From: a virus
Lineage: Duplodnaviria; Caudoviricetes
Virus record (IMG/VR): IMGVR_UViG_3300046689_000961
Span: 575 to 64,574 of that record
Length of the DNA: 64,000 nucleotides
Reading direction: 5' to 3' (one strand)
Positions 1 through 9,817 of this stretch are shown here, piece after piece. The notes under the pieces are model-generated. The model was not told where the DNA came from. It searched no databases and saw only the letters and a list, made by a program, of their open reading frames with translations. The position numbers and the translations under genes were made by a program. Numbering within the stretch: position 1 is the stretch's first letter; every line of letters begins with the position of its first letter.

Positions 1-1
1 C

Positions 2-2536
2 CCGACGTATCACCCGAGCCATCTGCAGCGCGGCGCCACGAACCTCATGGGGACGGTCGCGTTCGATCTCCGCCGCGCGTTTGACGTGGCGAAGTCGGGC
101 TGGGCGCCTGACCCGGGCCGGCTCGTGATCGACCCGCCGGTCGAGTGGTTCCGCGCGTGGGTGGAGCTGGCGGTCGCCGCCCGTCACCAGTCACCGGACG
201 CCTTCCCGCTGGCGGTCGACATCGAGACGCCGGATAAAGCGACCGACGAGGGCGACTTCTACGGCAAGGCCGACGAGGGCTCCTGGCAGATCAAACGCGT
301 GAACGTCTCGGTCGACCCTGATGAAGGCGTCACCGTGCCGTTCGAGGGCGCCTACATCACGCTCCTGATGCACCTACTGGCCGGCCCGGGCGTCCAGTAC
401 TACTGGTTCAAGGGGTTCGACGTGCCGCGGCTGGTGAAGGCCGGCGCGGCCATCCAGCCCGAGGAAGCCTACGACCTCATGTGGGCGTGGAAGGCGCTGC
501 AGTCGGACCTGCCCGGCGGCCTCGGGTTCGCCGCCCCGTTCTACTCGACCTGGGGCGCCTGGAAGCACCTGGCCGAGACCGATGAGGCCCGCTACGGCGC
601 CATCGACGGGCTGCAAACCCGCCGCGTGGGCGACGGCGTCGTCGGCGACCTCGTGAAGGAAGGCCGGTGGGACGTCTTCAAGCGGCACCAGCACGACTTC
701 CACCGGCTGGTGCTCCAGCCGGCGACCGACGTGGGCGTGCCGATCGACCGGGCGAGACTCCTCGCCTTCAAGGCGACACTCGACACGGAGGCCACGCGCC
801 TGATTGACACGATTGCCGCGCTCGCCCCACCCGAGGTCACCCCGCTCACGCCGAAGCTGGGGCTGACGCGCCCGCCGGCGTCGATCCTCTACACGAAAGC
901 GAATGCGTTCAAGCGGGACGGCACGCCGAAGAAGGAGGCGCCCGACCCGGTGAAGGCGGCGCTCTACACGCGCGCCAAGGTGGTCGAGGCGCTCGTCCTG
1001 CGCGAGGTCACGGTGTGCACGGGCTGCGGGGCGAAGGAGATTGCTAAGACGCACACATGCGCCGCCCCGCAGATCACGAAGGCCGTCGCGACCGTCCGCC
1101 GCTGGTTCTGGCAGGAACCCTTCAACCCGGACTCGCCGCAACAGCTCATGGCGTACGTCCTCGCGAAGGGCCACACGCCGGGGAAGGCCAAAGCGACCGG
1201 GAACGACTCGGTCGATCGTGAGACCTTGTCGCGGCTGATTCGCGAGACCGAGGATCCGTTCTACCAGGCGATTCTCGACTACCGCGCGGTGGGGAAGGTC
1301 CGGTCGACCTACGTCATTGGGACCGAGAAGCGGCTCGATGCCGACGACCGCGTGCACCCGACGTTCAGCTTCAAGCCGTCGACGATGCGCCTCAGCGCGC
1401 AGAATCCCAACATCCAGAACGTCGTCCATGGCGACGACGAGGGGAAGTCGCTGGCGAGTGGCTACCGGCTGTGCGTCGTCGCGAAGCGCAGTAGCTGGAT
1501 GATGGAGTTTGACTACTCCGCGATCGAGTCGGTGGTGAGTGGCTGGTGCATGCGAGACCCGCGGTTCATCCGGTACGCCAAGCTCGGCGTGCACGCGATT
1601 GTGGCGAGCCACTCGCTGGGCCGGCCCGCCGACCTCACCCAGCCCGACCGGGAGATTGCGGCGTACCTGAAGTCGCTCAAGACGTCGCACGAACCGGCGG
1701 TGCAGATCGCCTACAAGCGCAGTAAGCGCGTCGTCCACGGCACGACCTACGGGATGACCACGCACGGGATGATGCGGAACTACCCGACGACGTTCCCGAC
1801 GGTGAAATCCGCCGAGGCGATTCGCGCGGTGTACTTCGCGCTCGCCCCGGGCGTGCCGCTGTTCCAAACGGCGGTGCACGCGACCGCGCACGAGACGCAC
1901 CATCTGGGCGGGCCGCCGCCGTATGTGTATGACCTCACGACGCGCCGGGTCAGCGGCCATCCGTTCGGGTACCAACATTGGTTCTGGTCGGTCGTCAGCT
2001 ACGAGCGGCTCACCGTGAGCCAGCGGCTCTGGCGTGAGAAGCGGGGGCTGCCGACGATCGAGATTAACGGCATCTGGTACGGCGTCGCGCTCGGGGAAGA
2101 CGCGAAGCGCGGGTCGGCGTTTTACGGCCAGTCGATTGCGCGGGGCGTCCTCACCGAGGCGTGCTTTCCGCTGTTCGATCCGGCCGACGTGATGACCGAC
2201 GGCGCCTCCTACATCGGCGACGCCTACTACGGGGAGACGCCGCTGCGCGCGCCCATCCACGACTCGCTGCTGCTCGAAGTCCCGACCGGCTCGGTCGAGC
2301 GCGTGGCCGAGAAAGTCATCGGGGCCATGAGCCGGCCGATTCAGGCGCTCCCGTGCCCGGCCGAGTGGGGGATGGGCGACTCCTTGACCATTGGCGTCGA
2401 CGCGAAGATCGGCCCCGACTGGGGGACGATGACGTCGCTCACGCACGACGTGAGTGTCGCCGCGGACGCGCGCGCCGTGAGCGACGAGGCCGAGGATGAG
2501 GATGACGTCCTCGACTTGGAAACGCGAACCGCCTGA
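2..2536 (+). CDS. polA: Family A DNA polymerase with 3'-5' exonuclease and an upstream UDG-like domain (5'-truncated by the window edge)
   Basis: Frame is open from nt 2 (PTYHPSHLQRGATNL-M). ExoI LAVDIET, ExoII FKGFDVPRL, ExoIII RYGAIDG; FNPDSPQQL; TMRLSAQNPNIQN; motif A EFDYSAIE; motif B RSKRVVHGTTYG; motif C PIHDSLLLEV. Confidence 0.93.
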   Translation, partial: PTYHPSHLQRGATNLMGTVAFDLRRAFDVAKSGWAPDPGRLVIDPPVEWFRAWVELAVAARHQSPDAFPLAVDIETPDKATDEGDFYGKADEGSWQIKRVNVSVDPDEGVTVPFEGAYITLLMHLLAGPGVQYYWFKGFDVPRLVKAGAAIQPEEAYDLMWAWKALQSDLPGGLGFAAPFYSTWGAWKHLAETDEARYGAIDGLQTRRVGDGVVGDLVKEGRWDVFKRHQHDFHRLVLQPATDVGVPIDRARLLAFKATLDTEATRLIDTIAALAPPEVTPLTPKLGLTRPPASILYTKANAFKRDGTPKKEAPDPVKAALYTRAKVVEALVLREVTVCTGCGAKEIAKTHTCAAPQITKAVATVRRWFWQEPFNPDSPQQLMAYVLAKGHTPGKAKATGNDSVDRETLSRLIRETEDPFYQAILDYRAVGKVRSTYVIGTEKRLDADDRVHPTFSFKPSTMRLSAQNPNIQNVVHGDDEGKSLASGYRLCVVAKRSSWMMEFDYSAIESVVSGWCMRDPRFIRYAKLGVHAIVASHSLGRPADLTQPDREIAAYLKSLKTSHEPAVQIAYKRSKRVVHGTTYGMTTHGMMRNYPTTFPTVKSAEAIRAVYFALAPGVPLFQTAVHATAHETHHLGGPPPYVYDLTTRRVSGHPFGYQHWFWSVVSYERLTVSQRLWREKRGLPTIEINGIWYGVALGEDAKRGSAFYGQSIARGVLTEACFPLFDPADVMTDGASYIGDAYYGETPLRAPIHDSLLLEVPTGSVERVAEKVIGAMSRPIQALPCPAEWGMGDSLTIGVDAKIGPDWGTMTSLTHDVSVAADARAVSDEAEDEDDVLDLETRTA

Positions 2537-2850
2537 TGCACCTGGTGACGCTCGGCCTGGACGACGACGAGTACCGTGCCCTCTTCGAGATGATGCGCGT
2601 GACCGGGTGCGCCACCCCGGCCGCGGTCGTGAAGCAGGCGCTCTGGAAGCAGGCGCGGTTTCTCGAGGTGGACGTCGCCGCGGATGCGTTTGCCGGGTAC
2701 CGCACGCCGGGCGAGCGCGCTACCCGCCGCCGCGTCCGCCGGTCGCGAGGCCGGCCGGGAGTGGCGGCGGTCCCCCCGCCCGACCCCCCGGCCCCGGTTG
2801 ATTCGCCCCCGGTCCCGCCACCTGCGGCGGGGCCGTCCCGGGCGCGGTGA
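2536..2850 (+). CDS. Small hypothetical protein, possibly ribbon-helix-helix-like
   Basis: Coupled to the pol stop codon (TGATG). N-terminus has a beta-alpha-alpha pattern; the Pro-rich tail overlaps the convergent gene. Confidence 0.5.
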   Translation: MHLVTLGLDDDEYRALFEMMRVTGCATPAAVVKQALWKQARFLEVDVAADAFAGYRTPGERATRRRVRRSRGRPGVAAVPPPDPPAPVDSPPVPPPAAGPSRAR

Positions 2851-5695
2851 GGAGATTCTCGCGGAGGAGCCACGACGTGAGCTGCCCCGCCATGCGCCCA
2901 GCCAGCCCGGTGTCGCCCGCAGCTTTCGCCGCCAGCCCGGTCGTGAGCCACGCGCGCGCCGCCGGGTTCATCATGATCTTCGTGACCATGGGTGGGGAGA
3001 GGAGCGCCGTCCCGATCCCGATCATTTCGCTCGCGCCGGCCGCGTGGCCCGTGGCCATGCGCACGGGCATCGAGATGAGGTCGAGGAGTGCCGCGCCCTG
3101 GCCGTACCGGAGGGCCACGTTGAACTTGCTGGCGTTTTTCGGCGAGATGATCGCCAGGGACCGCTGGATCGACTTGAGCTGCTCGACGGTGGCCGGGTCG
3201 TAGATGGCCCCGAGCGTCGTGTCGGTGTACTTGCCCAGCTCGTTCTTCAGCTGCTCGGCCGTGCGGAGCGTGCCGCCATCGCTGAAGAGGAGGTCCTGCA
3301 GATGCGCCGACTGGACCTGCTGCCAGTCCGAGGCGCCGACGAGCGTGCGGAGCTTGCGCACCCCGACCGTGTCGCCTTCCTTCAGGGCATTCGCGAAGAA
3401 GGTAATCGGCGTCTTCTCCTGATGGCGGAGGAGGTCGGCCGCAAACCCCGCGTGCTCGGCCTCGGCGGCGGCGGTCGCCTTGTCGGCGGCGGCGGTGGCT
3501 TTCGCGAGCGTCTGCTGGGCGGCCGTGTGGCCGGCGGCCGCCGCGTCAGCCGCCTCGGCTTTCGCGCCCGACTCGGCAAAGGCCGGGGCCAGGTCGGTGA
3601 GCTGCTGCGTCGTCGCCCGGTCGAAAATCGACGCCAACGTCTCGGTCCCCATCTTGTTGACCCACGCCATGATGGCCTTGGGCGTTTTCGGGACGGTCCC
3701 GCCGTCGACAAAGAGCGCGTCACGAAGCACCTGCGCCTGCACGGCTTGTTTCGCCGCTGGCGAGACGAACTTCCACAGTTGCTGCGTCTCGGCGGCCCGG
3801 CCCGGCTGCACGATCATCGCGACGACGCGGCGCGGGTCGACCTTGCCGGTTTCGATCGCCTTCGAGAGGATGCCACGCGAGTAGGCGCCGACTTGGTCGC
3901 GCCAGTGGTTGGTCGCCGCGTCATACGCCTGGCGCAGGGCCGACTCGGGACCGCCGGCCGCCTCGGTCATCGACGCGTCGATCGAGTTCCGGAGCATCGT
4001 GAGGAACCGCACGTTCACGTCGGCGTTGGCGGCGGCCGAGTTCTTCGCCTCGTAGATCATCTGGCCGAGGGTCGACCGGAGCTGATGCGCCTGGCTGAAG
4101 GTGATGTCGCCCGAGGCCATGTCGGCGGCCGAGATCCCGGCGTCGTGAATGGCCATGGCGGCGGCCTGGTACTTCGGGTCGTTGAGAAGCGCCTGCGTGC
4201 CGGCCGGGTTGGTGAGCGGGGCGCCCTTGCCACTGGCCCCGGCGGCTTCGGCAGAGGCGGCTTCATCGGCCGCCTCCCCCGCGCGCGCGATGACCTTGGT
4301 CGCCCCGGCGCCCTGGCCCCGCGTGAGCGTTTGCGTGATCGGGTCGTACTCGCCGAGGAGGCCGCGCGCCACGTCCATCGTCGGCCCGAGCGGGACGCGC
4401 GTGTCGCCAGCCAGCTGGTCGACCGTGCCGAAGAGTTGGTTGCCGACCTGGCGCGCCGCCTTCTCCCCCGCATTCGCGGCGGCCGTGAAGAGCTGGCCGG
4501 TGCGTTCCCGGGCGCCGGCGGGACCGGCCCGCGTCGCAAGCGTCGCCCGCTGGCCCTCGGCCGCTGAAGCGGCCGACTGGGAGGCGGTCCCCGCCTCCCG
4601 GGCACTGAGCCCGGCGCGCGTCGCCCCGGCCTGCGCCCCCTGGAGTTCCGGGGGCGCCCCGGCCTGGGCCGGCGACACGGTCGGCGGCGTCATCGCGCGC
4701 CCGGTCGCGTCCTTGATCGCCTGGCCGGCTTCCTCGTTGGACGCCTTCGGGCCGAACTGATCGACCAGGTCGTTGGCGTACTGCTCGATGACGCGTGTGT
4801 TGGCGGCGTCCTCGGCCTCGAACGTGCCGCCGAGGCCCGCCCGACCGTACGCCTCGGCGAACTGGACGGCGCGGTTCGGGTTGAGCTGCGCCGGGGTCGG
4901 CTTCACGCCCGGGAGCGGCGGCCCGCCGTAGGTATTCTGGACGTGCTCGCTGACGCGCGAGGCGAAGGGCGCGGCCCAGCTGGGCGGGACCAGGCCCCGC
5001 TTGGCTAGGAAGTTCAATCCCCCACGCATCATCCCGGTGAGCGGGATCCCCAAGGCGTCGCCGGCCGCGAACTGGCCGAAGTCGCTCGCCATCGACGCGG
5101 GCGTCGGGTTCTCGCCGCCGATGGTCGCGTGCTGGGCGGCTTGCGAGGCGGCGCCGGCGGTGGCCGCGCCCACCCCGGTCGCCATGGCGTGCGTGCCCAT
5201 GCGCACCATCTGCTGCAGCGGCGCGCGGAGCCACGGGGCGAGTTCCGTCGCCGCGGCGGTGATCCCCAGCTTGGCCGGGAGGAACTCGCCGCCGGCGACC
5301 ATTGCGGCGCCGTTGATCGCCATGCCCAGCCAGTCTTTCTCCTTGTCGGAGGCGGCCGTCATCAGCCGGTCGGCCAGGCCCTTCACCGCGGCGTCGGCGG
5401 GGTTAATCTGCTGGATCTCCTCGGGCGAGAGCTTGCGCGTGTTCGGCGGCGGCGCCCCGGTCGATGGGCGGCTGGCCGGGTCACGAATGGCGGCAATCTC
5501 GTCGGCGCCCAGCGGACGCGCCTGTCCGGTGGGCGGCGTCTGAGCGGGCGGCCCGGGGTTCTTCAGCGAGAGCGAGACTTCGGCCGGCCCGGTCGGTCCA
5601 CTCGGCTGCGTCACCTTGGGCGGCGCCTGGGGCGGCGGCGTCCCGGGAGCCTGCGGGAGGGTCGGGGGCGGCGTGGCAGCGAACGGCTCAGCCAT
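2720..5695 (-). CDS. Large internal virion / DNA ejection protein
   Basis: 991 aa, Ala/Gly-rich and helical; last gene of the virion operon, the usual position of podovirus ejection proteins. Confidence 0.6.
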   Translation of the reverse strand: MAEPFAATPPPTLPQAPGTPPPQAPPKVTQPSGPTGPAEVSLSLKNPGPPAQTPPTGQARPLGADEIAAIRDPASRPSTGAPPPNTRKLSPEEIQQINPADAAVKGLADRLMTAASDKEKDWLGMAINGAAMVAGGEFLPAKLGITAAATELAPWLRAPLQQMVRMGTHAMATGVGAATAGAASQAAQHATIGGENPTPASMASDFGQFAAGDALGIPLTGMMRGGLNFLAKRGLVPPSWAAPFASRVSEHVQNTYGGPPLPGVKPTPAQLNPNRAVQFAEAYGRAGLGGTFEAEDAANTRVIEQYANDLVDQFGPKASNEEAGQAIKDATGRAMTPPTVSPAQAGAPPELQGAQAGATRAGLSAREAGTASQSAASAAEGQRATLATRAGPAGARERTGQLFTAAANAGEKAARQVGNQLFGTVDQLAGDTRVPLGPTMDVARGLLGEYDPITQTLTRGQGAGATKVIARAGEAADEAASAEAAGASGKGAPLTNPAGTQALLNDPKYQAAAMAIHDAGISAADMASGDITFSQAHQLRSTLGQMIYEAKNSAAANADVNVRFLTMLRNSIDASMTEAAGGPESALRQAYDAATNHWRDQVGAYSRGILSKAIETGKVDPRRVVAMIVQPGRAAETQQLWKFVSPAAKQAVQAQVLRDALFVDGGTVPKTPKAIMAWVNKMGTETLASIFDRATTQQLTDLAPAFAESGAKAEAADAAAAGHTAAQQTLAKATAAADKATAAAEAEHAGFAADLLRHQEKTPITFFANALKEGDTVGVRKLRTLVGASDWQQVQSAHLQDLLFSDGGTLRTAEQLKNELGKYTDTTLGAIYDPATVEQLKSIQRSLAIISPKNASKFNVALRYGQGAALLDLISMPVRMATGHAAGASEMIGIGTALLSPPMVTKIMMNPAARAWLTTGLAAKAAGDTGLAGRMAGQLTSWLLRENLLTAPGTAPPQVAGPGANQPGPGGRAGGPPPLPAGLATGGRGGG

Positions 5696-5707
5696 CGTGG
5701 GCCGATC

Positions 5708-8053
5708 CTACTTGATGCGGTGGTACGTCAGGTCGTCCAGGTACGCCCATTCCTCGCCCGTGTGCGACCCAGCGGCGATCGTCCAGCCGTAGCCAGGCTT
5801 GAGGGCGCCCGTGCGCTGGGCGTCCAGGACCTCGCGCGGCGGCGGGAGGATGGCGTTCTCGGCCCGGTCGAACGTGCCGGTGAGGTTGCGCATCTTCTGG
5901 AGGACGGTCGCGATCGTGTCCGACTGTTCGGGCAGGCCCGTGAGCGACTGCTTGATCTCGGGGAACGTGATGCGCATCTGCGGCCCACGCACCGTGTCAA
6001 TCGCGGTCGTCCACTCCGAGACCATCGCGGCCAGCTCGGGGGTGGTCTGCAGCGTCTCACTCACCCAGTTGTTGAAGCTGGTCTTCAGCCGGTTGGCCGG
6101 CGACTTGGCCAGGTAGGGCAGGAGCTGCTTGGTGTAGTTCAGCACGTTCTCGCGCGCCTTCTGGAAGTCCTGCAGGCCCTGCGCCTGGGTCGGGCTGAGC
6201 ACACGAATCCCCTTGGCGGTCGCGTCCCGAACGGCCAGCGTCTTCTGCTCGCCTGAGAGGCCGGTCGGGTCGAGGTACTCGGCCCCGGTCCCGCCCATGC
6301 GCGAGTATTCCTTCACGTCGACCGCGACGTCGGGCTTGGTCTGGACGACACGCTCACCCGGCCGGGCCTGCGGCCCAGTGGCGGGGGGCGGGGCCCCCGC
6401 GGGTGGCGCCCCTGCCGCCGTGGCCACCCCTTGGGGCTGGTCCGGCGAGGTAATCCCTTCCGGCACATTCACCGGCTTCTCCGGCTGCCCGGGCGCCGAC
6501 CCGACCTGCGTCCCGACCGTGGGCGGGGCGGCTGCGCCACCCCCAGGCGCCGCCAGCGGCGCGGCCGTGACGCCTCCACTGCCGGCCACCGGCTGTGGAG
6601 CGGCCGCGACCGGCGCGACCGGGGCCGCAGCCGACGCGCCAGCGGCGGCGCTGGGCGGCGCACTCCCGCCGCCCACTTTCGGCACGAAGGCCGGGGGCGG
6701 CCCGGGCAGGTGCTGCGTCATGCCGCCCTCGGGGGTCGTCTCCTGATACGGGGCCTGCGCGGCGGTCGCCGCCGCCTTCAAGCCGGTGGCCGCGGCTTGC
6801 TGGCGCATGAACTCCTGGTTGAGCTGGCCGAGCTGCTCGGGGCTGAGCGCCTGCTCGATCTGGAGGCCCGTCATGTTCGGCCCGAAGAGGTGCCCGAACA
6901 TCTGCTTGGCGAGCAGGCCCCGGTCGGTCGGGGTCTTGGCCGCCATGGGGTTCGGCGCGGCGAGCTTGGCGACCTCGTCCCAGCTGCCGGTCACCTGATT
7001 GAACGACCGGAGCGACGTGTAGTACTGGCCCGTGTCCGGGTCGATGGCGAGCACCTTCTCGGGCTTCTGCATCGCCGCGGGCAGCCCCGCCCAGCGCAGG
7101 CCCTCGAGGTGGGACGCGTTCTCGAGGTCCTCGGGCGAGATGTCCGGGTGCGAGACCTGGAGCGACGCCTTGGCGTTGTCGTAGCCGGCCTGGTAGTCCT
7201 GACCGCGCTTCCGCGACTCGGCCCCGGACGCCCAGACGTCCTGTTGCATGGGCGTCATCAGCCCGAAGCCACTCTGCGGGTTGAAGGGCGGCGGCTGGCC
7301 GGCCATCGACGCCGTCGGCATGGCCGGCGGGGGCGCCCCTGCTGGGGGCGCTGAGGCGGTCGGCTTGACCTGCGTCACCGCCTTCGCGTTCGAGGCCGTC
7401 GGCGCCATCGTCTCGGGGATGGTCGTCCCGCGTGACGACGACGGGGACGCCCCGCCGCCCCCGGCCGGGGCGGTCGAGGATCCGGGCGGCGCGACTGACG
7501 ATGGGAGGGCAGGCGGTGGGGCGCCGGCCATGGCGGCGCCGCCACTGGGAGCGCCTGATGGGGCCTGCGGCGCTGGCAGCGGGCCGCCCATGTCCTTCGG
7601 GCCCATACCGCCGCCGGTGGCGACCGACGCGGGCGAGGGCGACGGGAGCGGGGCGGCCGTCCCACCGCGCTCGGTCACGGTTTCAGCCGGCTGGGCCGCC
7701 GACCCGGGTACGGGCGGCGGCGCCCCGCCGGTCGCGGCGCCGGCTGACGGCGAGGCGCCGCGCGAGCGCACGAAGTCGAGCAGGCTCTGGACATCGGGCG
7801 AGGTTCCGGTGAGCCCCTTGCCGCCGAGGAACCGGGCGAGGCCGCCGGCGTGGTACTTCCCCTGGTTCATCGAGACCAGGCCGCTCATCGCGCGGTTCTG
7901 GATCTCGGGGTCGTTCGAGTGCTCGACGAGCGTGGTGAGGGTGTCGTGGTCGCGCTGAAACGCCTTGTCGGCTTCTTCCTGCGACTGCTTGCGGTTGGCG
8001 GCAATCGTGTCGCCGAACCCCGAGAGGAAGCCCGAGAGAATGGGATGCGGCAT
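5708..8053 (-). CDS. Internal virion / ejection protein, Pro/Ala/Gly low complexity
   Basis: 781 aa, N-terminus ILSGFLSGFG, long PAG-rich tracts; lies between the pilot-like gene and the large ejection gene. Confidence 0.55.
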   Translation of the reverse strand: MPHPILSGFLSGFGDTIAANRKQSQEEADKAFQRDHDTLTTLVEHSNDPEIQNRAMSGLVSMNQGKYHAGGLARFLGGKGLTGTSPDVQSLLDFVRSRGASPSAGAATGGAPPPVPGSAAQPAETVTERGGTAAPLPSPSPASVATGGGMGPKDMGGPLPAPQAPSGAPSGGAAMAGAPPPALPSSVAPPGSSTAPAGGGGASPSSSRGTTIPETMAPTASNAKAVTQVKPTASAPPAGAPPPAMPTASMAGQPPPFNPQSGFGLMTPMQQDVWASGAESRKRGQDYQAGYDNAKASLQVSHPDISPEDLENASHLEGLRWAGLPAAMQKPEKVLAIDPDTGQYYTSLRSFNQVTGSWDEVAKLAAPNPMAAKTPTDRGLLAKQMFGHLFGPNMTGLQIEQALSPEQLGQLNQEFMRQQAAATGLKAAATAAQAPYQETTPEGGMTQHLPGPPPAFVPKVGGGSAPPSAAAGASAAAPVAPVAAAPQPVAGSGGVTAAPLAAPGGGAAAPPTVGTQVGSAPGQPEKPVNVPEGITSPDQPQGVATAAGAPPAGAPPPATGPQARPGERVVQTKPDVAVDVKEYSRMGGTGAEYLDPTGLSGEQKTLAVRDATAKGIRVLSPTQAQGLQDFQKARENVLNYTKQLLPYLAKSPANRLKTSFNNWVSETLQTTPELAAMVSEWTTAIDTVRGPQMRITFPEIKQSLTGLPEQSDTIATVLQKMRNLTGTFDRAENAILPPPREVLDAQRTGALKPGYGWTIAAGSHTGEEWAYLDDLTYHRIK

Positions 8054-8056
8054 GAG

Positions 8057-8701
8057 CTAGCCTCCGCCCCCGCCGCTGCCGCCGCCGCCGAACATCCCCT
8101 TGAAGGGGTTCACGAACTTGCCGCCGGGGCCGGAGAACAACCCGCCGCCGACCTGGCCGAAGATTTTGCCGAGGCCCTCGCCGAGCGCAGCCGATTCCTT
8201 GTCGTTGAACTGGCGCGACTTCTCGCCCTCGCCCATGAGGTCGCTGAAGAGTCCCGCGCCCGTTTTCGACGCGTCCATGCCGAGCGCGCTGGCCCCCTCA
8301 AGCGCCTGCGTCCGCGCCTGGAAGGGGAGCAGGCCCACCCGGCCGGCCGTATCCCGCGAGAGGTTCGCCTCGGCCTGGTCGCGCTGCGGGCCGCGCATCG
8401 TCGCTTCGATGGAGGACCGGGCACCCTTGGCCGCGTCGGTCACCCCAGCCACCGCAGGCGCGATAGCGGACTGGACGCCGGACTTGCTCGTCCCGAGGAG
8501 GTTCCGATAGTAGGTGGCCGCCTGGGTGAGGAGCGGCTGGCCGGTCGAGGAGAGAAAGTTGGCGCCCTGGAGCGTGCCGGCGATTCCGGGCTTGAGCCCG
8601 GCCTGCGCGCCGGTGTTGGAGCCGCCCCCGCCGCCGCCGCCAAAGAGCTTCCCGATGAGCGACCCACCCAGCGTGAAGGCCGGAACGGCGAGCGCGCCCA
8701 T
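8057..8701 (-). CDS. Pilot/ejection protein (P22 gp7 / T7 gp14-like position)
   Basis: Gly-rich hydrophobic N- and C-termini (LGGSLIGKLFGGGGG); directly follows the GNAT gene. Confidence 0.6.
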   Translation of the reverse strand: MGALAVPAFTLGGSLIGKLFGGGGGGGSNTGAQAGLKPGIAGTLQGANFLSSTGQPLLTQAATYYRNLLGTSKSGVQSAIAPAVAGVTDAAKGARSSIEATMRGPQRDQAEANLSRDTAGRVGLLPFQARTQALEGASALGMDASKTGAGLFSDLMGEGEKSRQFNDKESAALGEGLGKIFGQVGGGLFSGPGGKFVNPFKGMFGGGGSGGGGG

Positions 8702-8704
8702 CAG

Positions 8705-9112
8705 CTACTCCTTCGGGGGCACAGGCCCCACGTAGAGTCGGCCCGGGAGCGCCGTGAGCCCCAGCTTCTCGGCCATCGCGGCCGATTCGGGCGTGTCGGT
8801 GAGCGCGTAGACGACCGCGACGCCGGCGTCTTGGAGTTTCGTGACGACCGCGCCGACCATGGCGGCCACGAGCCGGGGATTGCCGCGGACGTCGGGGGCC
8901 AGATACACGCCGTCGATATGGACCGTGTTGAAGACGGGCCAGCGGCCGACGAGGCGCCCGGTCTCGGGATCCTCGGCGACGAACATGATCATCTGCGGGT
9001 CGGGCGGCGGCACGGGGAGTGGGAGCGCGGCGAGCTTGTCCCACTCCCACGGCTGGAGTTCGCGCACCCGATGTGTGCCGACCGTGACCGACCCCACCAT
9101 ATGGGGCCTCAT
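8705..9112 (-). CDS. GNAT-fold acetyltransferase-like virion-operon protein (start may be 9100)
   Basis: HIDGVYLAPDVRG...VVYALTDTPESAAMAEKLG resembles GNAT motif A/B; typical position before ejection genes. Confidence 0.6.
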   Translation of the reverse strand: MRPHMVGSVTVGTHRVRELQPWEWDKLAALPLPVPPPDPQMIMFVAEDPETGRLVGRWPVFNTVHIDGVYLAPDVRGNPRLVAAMVGAVVTKLQDAGVAVVYALTDTPESAAMAEKLGLTALPGRLYVGPVPPKE

Positions 9113-9127
9113 TCTACGCTAGTCGGG

Positions 9128-9814
9128 CTAGTCGGCGATCCCTGCGTCCGGCACGGTCGCCCCACCGACGGTCGTCCCGCCGAAGACGACGGTCGTCTGC
9201 ATGGCGTCGGGCGCATCGGCGTAGTCGATGACCCGGTAGGCGAACTGGGTATCGCCGATTTGCACGAGGAGGTCGAACGGGTTCCCCGGGTACCGACTGA
9301 CGGCCGTGAAGCCGGCCAGGTTGAGGTGCCAGATCATCCGGCCGAGCAGCTCGAAGCGTTGGGCGTCACGCTCGGGCTGGGTGGCGACCGAGATGAGGAG
9401 GTTCGGGAACTCCTTGCCGACCCCGCAGGTAATCTGGCCCATCGTGAACGGGGTGACCGGGGCGTCGGGCGGGACGTGGCCGTTCGAGCCGGACGACGAG
9501 CACCCCTGCTCGCCCATGCCGTTGTCCAGATCCGTCGTCGGCGTTTGCGGCGTGCCGATCGGGATGTTGTTCGGGGAGGCCGAGACGGTCTTGCCGGTCG
9601 TCGACTGCGCCTGCTGGGCGAGGAAGGTCGCGTCGTCAATCGCCGCCTGCTGCGAGGTCAGCGTCGCCGCGTGCGTGTCGACGGTCGTCGAGAGCGCCGC
9701 CTGGCTCGCCTGGAGTTCCCGGTGGGCGTCCCAGAGGAGGCGCAGGCTCATCTTCGCGAACGGATCGGTAATCTGTTCGAGGTGCGGGTACTGCGGCTTC
9801 TGCGGCCCGGCCAT
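9128..9814 (-). CDS. Hypothetical virion protein with N-terminal coiled coil
   Basis: 228 aa in the co-oriented operon with tight spacing. Confidence 0.6.
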   Translation of the reverse strand: MAGPQKPQYPHLEQITDPFAKMSLRLLWDAHRELQASQAALSTTVDTHAATLTSQQAAIDDATFLAQQAQSTTGKTVSASPNNIPIGTPQTPTTDLDNGMGEQGCSSSGSNGHVPPDAPVTPFTMGQITCGVGKEFPNLLISVATQPERDAQRFELLGRMIWHLNLAGFTAVSRYPGNPFDLLVQIGDTQFAYRVIDYADAPDAMQTTVVFGGTTVGGATVPDAGIAD

Positions 9815-9817
9815 GGG

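Noticed and set aside
374-2446. Long antisense ORFs, e.g. 374-2446, 7850-10495, 23979-26201, 26618-28750, 30561-32966, 52425-54761
   Set aside because: Arg/Gly-rich shadow frames opposite well-supported genes; expected in high-GC DNA.
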